A DNA stretch of 42,252 bases, from the NCBI GenBank assembly GCA_944332575.1, contig CALVKH010000002.1, positions 1 through 42,252 of the forward strand, read 5' to 3'. Under the pieces are notes generated by a model that was not told the DNA's origin, made no database searches, and saw nothing but the letters and a program-made list of their open reading frames with translations. Every line of letters begins with the position of its first letter. The first letter of the stretch is position 1. This document shows, one piece after another, positions 17,934-24,577 of the stretch. Source of the stretch: an uncultured Bacilli bacterium. Its GTDB lineage: Bacteria > Bacillota_I > Bacilli_A > RF39 > UBA660. The translations under genes and the position numbers were made by a program.

Positions 17934-19538
17934 TTATCTAATGATCTTTACTATTGTGGTAACATCAGATTCAGTTTGATATCCTATCTTTATTCTATTT
18001 CCACTTACTATAAAAGGAATATAATCTTCATCTACTTTGATCGATACTTTATATTTTTTACCTTCATTATCTTTTAAATAATAATAAGTATTTCCATCAA
18101 TAATAGAGCTTGTAATACTACTTACTACGATTTCTTTTTCTTTTATCTCACTAGTATCTGTTACTGGATTCGATGTCAAATAATTTCTAGCCGCTACATC
18201 GATTCCTTTAGAAGAGTCAGTAACCACTACTCTTTGATAATCTTGTACATCTACAAAAGCATACATTTTTACAAGACCCGCATTATCTTTCAAAGAAATT
18301 AAATAAGTAGGTCTTCCTTCTAAATTAATTAATAATGGGAAAGTAGATGTATAATTCATTTGTTGCACTTGACCTTTTGCACTTTCCATAGCCGAATACT
18401 CTTCTGCACCAGGGACTTGATAATAAACTGTTTCTTTCGTACGCATGTTACATAGAATAAATCCTAAATTAGATTCATCACTTGCTACTGAAGTTATACC
18501 AGTATATAAATATACATCATCATCCATAGTTAAATAATTATATCCTTCGGTAGTAACAACTACATCTTTTTGACCAAAAATAGAATTAAAGAATCCATTT
18601 TTATATAATCCCCAATTACTAACTTGTTCTAATATTAATTTTGCAGAATATACATGATCAACCCAAGTTGGAACATCTTCAACTTTATATTTTTTTGATT
18701 CACCAGTGACAGGATCCAAAATTACTACTCCTGTTATTTCTTCTTTTAATCCTACTCCACTATATTTTATAGTAGGAACAACCCAATAGGGATTACCTTC
18801 ATCATCAAGTTCAAAACTAGCACTTCCAAAAATCTCAGTTGGATAACTAAATCTAAGTTTTCGTTCTAATTTTTCATTAAACATTGCTGATGGCATATAT
18901 TTCATACCTTTTTCTAATTGAACTAATTCTGCTTTACCATCGGTTGAACTTACTATAATATACCCTTTTACACCTTCACTACGATTAGTAAAATATTTGA
19001 TTATTCCAGAATACTCTAACGGTGTTACTCTAACTACTTCATCATTGTAATTAATTTGAGTGTATAAGTTAGAAACGTAAAATTGACTTACTAGATCTGT
19101 CATCTCACCCATAACACGATCTCCTAGTTTTTGACTAGAATCCTTATCTAATAATGGAATCGTATTAAAGTCAACCTCTGCTACTTCCTCTGAAAAATTT
19201 CCATCTTCCCTAATCGTAATTCTCTTAGCATAACTAGATGAATTAAAAAGTGGAGAAACAATAATATTTACAACAATAATTCCTAAAAAAACTACTGCTA
19301 CCCCAATATAAAATCCTTTCGTTATTTTAGATACACGTTTTGTCTTTAAAACACCTGTTTTCATGTCTATACATCCAATGAATTTAACAATAGAGAAAAC
19401 TATAATATTCATGAAAACATATACCCAAAAACTAGGACTTTGAATATTTAATGGTGGCAAAATGATATAATAACTTAAACCAATAAACACCACCATAAAC
19501 AAAATTAACCAAATTAATGTTTTACTACTTTTTTTCAT
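17934..19538 (-). CDS. Membrane-anchored protein with a large extracytoplasmic domain, unknown function
   Basis: 534 aa with three N-terminal TM helices, then ~430 aa rich in beta-type sequence. I recognise no catalytic motif. It is the first gene of the operon ending at 13928. Confidence 0.45.
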   Translation of the reverse strand: MKKSSKTLIWLILFMVVFIGLSYYIILPPLNIQSPSFWVYVFMNIIVFSIVKFIGCIDMKTGVLKTKRVSKITKGFYIGVAVVFLGIIVVNIIVSPLFNSSSYAKRITIREDGNFSEEVAEVDFNTIPLLDKDSSQKLGDRVMGEMTDLVSQFYVSNLYTQINYNDEVVRVTPLEYSGIIKYFTNRSEGVKGYIIVSSTDGKAELVQLEKGMKYMPSAMFNEKLERKLRFSYPTEIFGSASFELDDEGNPYWVVPTIKYSGVGLKEEITGVVILDPVTGESKKYKVEDVPTWVDHVYSAKLILEQVSNWGLYKNGFFNSIFGQKDVVVTTEGYNYLTMDDDVYLYTGITSVASDESNLGFILCNMRTKETVYYQVPGAEEYSAMESAKGQVQQMNYTSTFPLLINLEGRPTYLISLKDNAGLVKMYAFVDVQDYQRVVVTDSSKGIDVAARNYLTSNPVTDTSEIKEKEIVVSSITSSIIDGNTYYYLKDNEGKKYKVSIKVDEDYIPFIVSGNRIKIGYQTESDVTTIVKIIR

Positions 19539-19593
19539 AAATTCCTCCTATATATAATTATATCATCTTTATATAAAAAAAATATACACTATA

Positions 19594-19602
19594 TGGTATA
19601 AT
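19594..19602 (+). promoter_or_regulatory. Extended -10 promoter element (TGgTATAAT) for the ABC-F leader transcript
   Basis: TG at 19594-19595 and TATAAT at 19597-19602, about 45 nt upstream of the leader ORF. Confidence 0.4.
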
Positions 19603-19644
19603 AATTAAAATATTAATCTTAATTCTATTCTTGGAGGTGGGAAG

Positions 19645-19662
19645 ATGAGAATATTATCATAA
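19645..19662 (+). CDS. Candidate 5-codon leader peptide MRILS
   Basis: GGAGGTGG (19633-19640), 4 nt later ATG AGA ATA TTA TCA TAA. The stop lies 3 nt before the first arm of the downstream hairpin. Confidence 0.4.
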   Translation: MRILS

Positions 19663-19665
19663 GTT

Positions 19666-19708
19666 GGCATAAACTTTGATTATGCCTAAATAAAAAAGGA
19701 GGCATAAT
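19666..19708 (+). promoter_or_regulatory. Mutually exclusive hairpins, one of which sequesters the ABC-F Shine-Dalgarno
   Basis: A = GGCATAA (19666-19672). B = ATTATGCCT (19679-19687). C = AGGCATAAT (19700-19708). A:B gives 7 bp. B:C gives 9 bp and includes A19700-G19702 of the GGAGG at 19698-19702. The main ATG is at 19712. Confidence 0.45.
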
Positions 19709-19711
19709 ATA

Positions 19712-21226
19712 ATGTTAGAAACGAAGAACCTCGATATTATTATTGGTACAAGATATTTAATAAAAAACTTGTCTTTTACTCTTAACAGAAATGATAAATT
19801 AGCTATTATTGGGGAAGAAGGAGATGGAAAATCAACTCTCTTACAATGCTTAGCTAATAATTGCTATTATGCACATATCCATGGTACTATAAATTCACAT
19901 AAACACAAAATAGGTTATTTGCCACAAATAATTGAATATAAAAATAGAGATTTATTAGTAAAAAACTATTTATTTATCAACGATGACGATTACTATAATA
20001 AAGTAAACCTTTTATATCATTTATTAAACGAATTAAATATAAAAGAAGACATTCTTGATAATAACATAAATCTATTATCCGGAGGAGAAAAAGTTAAAAT
20101 TGAAATATTAAAACTTCTACTTGATGACTCTGACATTTTATTATTAGATGAACCAACAAATGATTTGGATTTAAATACATTAAAATGGCTTGAATCATTT
20201 ATAAATAGTACGAATAAACCTATCATTTTTGTCTCTCATGATGAAACATTCTTATCTAATACAGCTAATGTCATTCTTCATTTAGAACAATTAAAAAAGA
20301 AACAAGAATGTAAACATACATTAATAAAAACCAAATATGACGATTATGTAAAAGCAAGACTTAGACATATCAAACATCAAACTCAAATAGCATATTCCGA
20401 AAAAAGAAATTTAAAAAAACAAGAAGATAAATTAAAGCAAATAATGTCAAAAGTAGAATATCAACAAGAAAATATTTCAAGAAAATATCCACATGCAGCA
20501 AAAATGTTAAAAAGGAAAATGCACAGTTTAAAATATCAGGAGAAAAAATTAGAGAACAAAGAAATAACAGAAATACCAGATGTAGAAGAAAATATAAATT
20601 TTAAATTTGATAAAGTTTTTATACCTAAATATAAACCTATTCTTGAATTGATGAATTATTCACTAAAAATAAATAATAAAATTCTATCATCACCTATTAA
20701 TTTAAAAATCATAGGAGATGAACATATTGTAATTATTGGTGAAAATGGAACTGGGAAAACTACTTTATTAAAAGAAATAATTAATATATTATCCACAAGA
20801 GATGATATTACGGTTGGATATATGCCACAAAATTATGATGATATTTTGTCTAGTTATATAACACCCATTGATTTTTTGTGTAATAATCAAGATAAAGAAA
20901 GCATTACTAAAGCAAGAACTTTTTTAGGGAATATGAATTTCACTAAAGAAGAAATGATGGATGATATTAACTTATTAAGTGGTGGATCTAAAGCCAAATT
21001 ATTTTTAGTTAAATTAATATTAGAGCAATATAATGTATTAATATTAGATGAACCAACAAGAAATGTAAGTCCACTTTCTAATCCAATCATTAGAAATAAA
21101 TTAAAAGAATTTACAGGGACTATAATTAGTGTTTCACACGATCGTAAATATATCAAAGAAGTAGCAGATAAGGTTTTTAAATTAACCAAACGAGGTTTAA
21201 TAGAAATAAATAAAGAAGAGTTATAA
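19712..21226 (+). CDS. ABC-F family ATPase with an extended inter-domain linker (candidate antibiotic-resistance/ribosome-protection type)
   Basis: Two cassettes (GEEGDGKST/LSGGEKVK/LLLDEPTNDLD and GENGTGKTT/LSGGSKAK/LILDEPTRNVS) and no TMD. By my count the linker from KYDDY to INFKF is ~92 aa, against ~72 aa for the equivalent span of the ABC-F at 9143. Confidence 0.8.
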   Translation: MLETKNLDIIIGTRYLIKNLSFTLNRNDKLAIIGEEGDGKSTLLQCLANNCYYAHIHGTINSHKHKIGYLPQIIEYKNRDLLVKNYLFINDDDYYNKVNLLYHLLNELNIKEDILDNNINLLSGGEKVKIEILKLLLDDSDILLLDEPTNDLDLNTLKWLESFINSTNKPIIFVSHDETFLSNTANVILHLEQLKKKQECKHTLIKTKYDDYVKARLRHIKHQTQIAYSEKRNLKKQEDKLKQIMSKVEYQQENISRKYPHAAKMLKRKMHSLKYQEKKLENKEITEIPDVEENINFKFDKVFIPKYKPILELMNYSLKINNKILSSPINLKIIGDEHIVIIGENGTGKTTLLKEIINILSTRDDITVGYMPQNYDDILSSYITPIDFLCNNQDKESITKARTFLGNMNFTKEEMMDDINLLSGGSKAKLFLVKLILEQYNVLILDEPTRNVSPLSNPIIRNKLKEFTGTIISVSHDRKYIKEVADKVFKLTKRGLIEINKEEL

Positions 21227-21232
21227 ACTTTA

Positions 21233-21260
21233 GTAGACATCTAAAAAGATGTCTACTTTT
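21233..21260 (+). terminator. Intrinsic terminator of the ABC-F gene
   Basis: GTAGACATC (21233-21241), loop taaaaa, GATGTCTAC (21248-21256), then TTTTGTTT. Confidence 0.75.
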
Positions 21261-21262
21261 GT

Positions 21263-21468
21263 TTATCTTGATAATAACCAGTTCATAATCTCTTCACCGT
21301 AAGCCGTCAAAACTCCTCCATGTTCGTTATTTACTCCCCTACTAGTAAAATTTTAGTTGTATTTTTTCTGCTCAAGGTCTTAAGAACAGGAAATTGGCTA
21401 GAAGGGCATCGCTTTAGTTCTAATCCATCCGATTCTGACATTAAATCTTGGACAGATAGTTTAATAAA
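21263..21468 (-). pseudogene. Decayed, frameshifted 3' fragment of a gene (C-terminus compatible with an alpha/beta-fold hydrolase)
   Basis: Two short minus-strand reading pieces in different frames: ...LMSESDGLELKRCPSSQFPVLKTLSRKNTTKILLVGE* (21331-21468) and NFTSRGVNNEHGGVLTAYGEEIMNWLLSR* (21263-21346). G+C is visibly higher than in the flanks. There is no start codon and no ORF over 60 aa. Confidence 0.3.
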
Positions 21469-21493
21469 TTAAACAGAATTATTATAAAAAAAT

Positions 21494-21546
21494 AAAGAAA
21501 TCGTAAAATATAGAGAAATTCTATACTTCATCGATTTCTTTTTTTA
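21494..21546. terminator. Strong orphan hairpin with flanking A/T runs (bidirectional terminator-like)
   Basis: AAAGAAATCG (21494-21503) pairs perfectly with CGATTTCTTT (21532-21541). A nested TATAGAgaaatTCTATA lies inside. T-runs follow on both strands. Confidence 0.5.
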
Positions 21547-21601
21547 TAAGTCAAAATTTTCATCATCATATCATATAAATATTAATAAGGGAGGATTTTC
21601 A

Positions 21602-22504
21602 ATGAACAACAAGAATTATATAGAATCATCTTTAGAACTTCACTTATTTTTTGATAGAATTATGAAGGAACACAGTTTCTTTATAGAAGTGGCATTTACT
21701 GAAAAAAATGATAATTTAAAAAAAGTTGCAAATAATTTCCAAATGGCTTTCTCTAATATTCAAAATAGAATAATTAATTTAGCTAATGGCAATATTAATA
21801 CCAACACTTTAATGGCTAATGATATTGTCACTAACAATACATTAAATGCAGAGAGAAAAACCAGTGAGTTATCAGGAGTTAATATTGATCAAAATTTAAC
21901 TATAAAAGAAATGAATTTAAAACCTGGAAACATATCTGTATCTGAAATGCTATTAAATAATATACATACAATCAATAGGGAAACATTATCACTGATAGAA
22001 CAATTAATTCAATTTAAAACCGATATATTAAATCAAGTATTAAATTGCAAAATGTTCACAACCAACTACCCACTATTAATACAACACATAACTAACGAAG
22101 CTAGAATGTATCATGATTTATTATCTAAAATTGAAAATAGAGAACAAATTACCAATGAATACTTATATAAACAAGAATTATTTTGGAATAATATAATGAA
22201 AGAACACGCAGAATTCATAAGAGGATTATTAGATCCTACTGAAAAAAGTTTAATAGTCACAGCTAATGATTTTGCTGATAAATATGAAGCAATTTTAAAT
22301 AGCCAAAACTTAAACAGATTAACTGATGCAAGTCTAAAAGAAACCATTGATTTTAGAAATTTTAAAGTAGTTGGCGAAGAAGCAATTTTAAATTGTAAAT
22401 TGAAAAGCATAATCATACCATTATTAGCAGATCATATTGTAAGAGAAGCAAATCATTTTATTAAATTACTTAGAAAATACCATAATATACCAACACCATA
22501 TTAA
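21602..22504 (+). CDS. DUF2935 family protein (two internal repeats)
   Basis: The helical motif is repeated: HLFFDRIMKEHSFFIE (N-terminal half) and ELFWNNIMKEHAEFIRGLLDP (C-terminal half). GGGAGG lies 8 nt upstream of the ATG. Confidence 0.6.
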   Translation: MNNKNYIESSLELHLFFDRIMKEHSFFIEVAFTEKNDNLKKVANNFQMAFSNIQNRIINLANGNINTNTLMANDIVTNNTLNAERKTSELSGVNIDQNLTIKEMNLKPGNISVSEMLLNNIHTINRETLSLIEQLIQFKTDILNQVLNCKMFTTNYPLLIQHITNEARMYHDLLSKIENREQITNEYLYKQELFWNNIMKEHAEFIRGLLDPTEKSLIVTANDFADKYEAILNSQNLNRLTDASLKETIDFRNFKVVGEEAILNCKLKSIIIPLLADHIVREANHFIKLLRKYHNIPTPY

Positions 22505-22534
22505 TTTAAAATACTACTATATTTTAATACTTTA

Positions 22535-22565
22535 ATAGGGCTGAAAAATACAGTCCTATTTTTTA
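22535..22565 (+). terminator. Intrinsic terminator of the DUF2935 gene
   Basis: ATAGGGCTG (22535-22543) pairs with CAGTCCTAT (22551-22559) with one G-U pair, followed by a T-run. Confidence 0.6.
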
Positions 22566-22594
22566 TATTATATTAATTTAATTTCAAAACATTA

Positions 22595-22625
22595 TTGACT
22601 CTCCAGTTTACTAGAGTGATACATT
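22595..22625 (+). promoter_or_regulatory. MerR-type promoter with a 19-nt spacer and an internal dyad
   Basis: -35 TTGACT (22595-22600), a 19-nt spacer, then -10 TACATT (22620-22625). The inverted repeat ACTCT (22598-22602) / AGAGT (22613-22617) is centred in the spacer. Confidence 0.5.
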
Positions 22626-22653
22626 AATCACGAACAGGGAGGAGAGTATATAT

Positions 22654-22938
22654 TTGGGGTGTTCAAGTTGTAAATTTTTAAATGAAAATAATAAAAAGGA
22701 AGGAGCAGTGAATGGTTGTATTCATTATTGTTCAAAAATGAAAAACTATGTTAATGGTTCTAGTAATCCATGTAATAAATTTGAAAAAGACTATAGTCGA
22801 AAAACTTATATTAATGATACAATATATAAAAACGGGAAAAGCTATTATAACGATCCTACACCAATTGGAGCCTACATATTTATTTTGATTACTTTAATTA
22901 TAGTTGCAATTATAATTAAACTTACTAATATTTATTAA
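22654..22938 (+). CDS. Small Cys-rich tail-anchored membrane protein, unknown function
   Basis: 94 aa with a TTG start 9 nt after GGGAGGAG (22637-22644). Cys residues at 3, 6, 22, 26 and 40 (CSSC...CIHYC...C). A single C-terminal TM (IGAYIFILITLIIVAIIIKL). The start codon is uncertain. Confidence 0.45.
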   Translation: MGCSSCKFLNENNKKEGAVNGCIHYCSKMKNYVNGSSNPCNKFEKDYSRKTYINDTIYKNGKSYYNDPTPIGAYIFILITLIIVAIIIKLTNIY

Positions 22939-22959
22939 TAGAACAAGGAGGGATTATTA

Positions 22960-23646
22960 ATGTATAAAATAGGTGATTTTTCAAAGAAAACAAATATAAA
23001 TATAAAAACACTTAGATACTATGATGAAATAGATTTATTTAAACCATCCTATGCTGATAAATTTACTGGTTATAGGTATTACACTGATGAACAATTATTA
23101 GATATCCTTCTCATAAAAGAATTAAAAAAATTAGGATTATCATTAGAAGAAATCAAAAAATATTTAAAAACAAAAGATATTAAAATATTGGAAAAAAGGA
23201 GAAGAGCATTAGAAATGGAAATAAATAATATTACTAATTTTTTAACAAATCAATATAAAAAATATAAAATAACAGAAAGTAATTATGAAAAGTACGTTTT
23301 AATTAATGGTATTAAATATGCTAAAAAACCACAAGCTTTAGCAGTAAGAGATAAAGAAGCAAAATATTATGTAATTGAAAATGATAATGATTTTATAGAT
23401 GATTTTGTAATTTTTATCAAAAATAATAATTGGATTACAATTAATAGGCTAAAATACTTAGATAAAGAATATATTGATTTTATATTTAATTATTTAAAAG
23501 AAAATGGATATACCTATATAACAGAAATCGTACCTATAGAAGAAGATAATGTTGCAAATGCAATAAGAAAACATTTTACTAATATAGAAGAAAGTACATT
23601 TTTTCAAGGCAAATGGGAATATATAAAGTTTAAAATATATTTATAA
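22960..23646 (+). CDS. MerR-family transcriptional regulator with an unrecognised ~120-aa C-terminal domain
   Basis: YKIGDFSKKTNINIKTLRYYDEIDLFKP....TGYRYYTDEQL, followed by a coiled-coil. GGAGGG lies 8 nt upstream of the ATG. Confidence 0.85.
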   Translation: MYKIGDFSKKTNINIKTLRYYDEIDLFKPSYADKFTGYRYYTDEQLLDILLIKELKKLGLSLEEIKKYLKTKDIKILEKRRRALEMEINNITNFLTNQYKKYKITESNYEKYVLINGIKYAKKPQALAVRDKEAKYYVIENDNDFIDDFVIFIKNNNWITINRLKYLDKEYIDFIFNYLKENGYTYITEIVPIEEDNVANAIRKHFTNIEESTFFQGKWEYIKFKIYL

Positions 23647-23666
23647 AATTTAAAAACAATATCGCT

Positions 23667-23692
23667 AGAGAGACATTTTCTCTCTTTTTTTA
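23667..23692 (+). terminator. Intrinsic terminator of the MerR cassette
   Basis: GAGAGA (23668-23673), loop cattt, TCTCTC (23679-23684), then a T7 run. Confidence 0.65.
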
Positions 23693-23725
23693 TAACTAAA
23701 TTTTAATAGTACCTAAATAGTATCT

Positions 23726-23755
23726 AAAAAATAAAAAAACCCTGAAAAATCAAGG
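23726..23755 (-). terminator. Terminator downstream of tRNA-Gly
   Basis: The minus strand reads CCTTGAtttt TCAGGG (5/6 pairs), followed by TTTTTTTATTTTTT. Confidence 0.5.
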
Positions 23756-23767
23756 TAAAAATCAATA

Positions 23768-23841
23768 TGGAGCGGACGATGGGAATCGGACCCACGTAGT
23801 CAGCTTGGAAGGCTGAGGTTCTACCATTAAACTACGTCCGC
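23768..23841 (-). tRNA. tRNA-Gly (anticodon UCC), CCA encoded
   Basis: The reverse complement GCGGACGTAGTTTAATGGTAGAACCTCAGCCTTCCAAGCTGACTACGTGGGTCCGATTCCCATCGTCCGCTCCA folds by hand into a cloverleaf. Acceptor is GCGGACG/CGTCCGC, anticodon stem TCAGC/GCTGA, loop CTTCCAA. 74 nt. Confidence 0.93.
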
Positions 23842-23860
23842 AATTAAGTAGACATCTAAA

Positions 23861-23888
23861 ATTATATCATAATAATTATTAATGTCAA
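23861..23888 (-). promoter_or_regulatory. Near-consensus sigma-A promoter for tRNA-Gly
   Basis: The minus strand has TTGACA (23888-23883), a 16-nt spacer, then TATAAT (23866-23861). The -10 lies about 20 nt upstream of the mature tRNA 5' end. Confidence 0.55.
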
Positions 23889-23914
23889 TACTCAAATTAA
23901 AAAAATATTATATT

Positions 23915-24577
23915 TTAACTAAACCCTATTGCTGAATCTACAGGCAGTGAGATACATATACCTTTACCAGGTGTTTTTATTCCTACCTCTTTCGTTATTT
24001 CTTCCATAACTTTATTTTTAATACTATCCTCTACTATATTAAAAACTAATTCTCTTCCCGGTTCTATTTCAAAGCCAAATAACTTAACCATTTCATTATT
24101 TCCTAATCCTCTTCCTCTAATTACAGTACCACCAGTTGCACCCATTCTTTTAGCAGCATTCATAACTTGTTCCAAATGTCCTTCTAAAACGATTGTTATA
24201 ATTAGATGATATTTTGCTTTGTTTTCATCCATAGACACCTTCTCCTTTTTTATAATATTCTTTTCAAAAGATTCTGACAAATATTTATTAGAACTTGAAA
24301 TAGGGATGGTAAATGCTATTCCTGTACCAGGCCTATTAATTAAAAATTCTTTTCTTAATTGTTGCAATATTTTATGTTCTATATAATCAGGAATAATAGC
24401 TAAATAAACATTTTTCCTAGTCTCAGCAAGCCCAAAATAATCTAATACACTAGGTGAAGCAGTACCATTACAATGAGTTGCAATTCTAACCTTTATATTA
24501 TCTTTATTAAATATCTCTTTTATTTTATAATCGTTACCATCATCTAAAATAACAAATAATAATTTTATGTTAACCAT
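23915..24577 (-). CDS. Tandem P-II-like signal-transduction protein (two P-II-type domains fused)
   Basis: The second half reads KYHLIITIVLEGHLEQVMNAAKRMGATGGTVIRGRGLGN. The first half reads IKLLFVILDDGNDYKIKEIF......ATHCNGTAS. The ATG at 24577 lies 6 nt after GGGAGG and overlaps the upstream stop (ATGGTTAA). Confidence 0.7.
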   Translation of the reverse strand: MVNIKLLFVILDDGNDYKIKEIFNKDNIKVRIATHCNGTASPSVLDYFGLAETRKNVYLAIIPDYIEHKILQQLRKEFLINRPGTGIAFTIPISSSNKYLSESFEKNIIKKEKVSMDENKAKYHLIITIVLEGHLEQVMNAAKRMGATGGTVIRGRGLGNNEMVKLFGFEIEPGRELVFNIVEDSIKNKVMEEITKEVGIKTPGKGICISLPVDSAIGFS

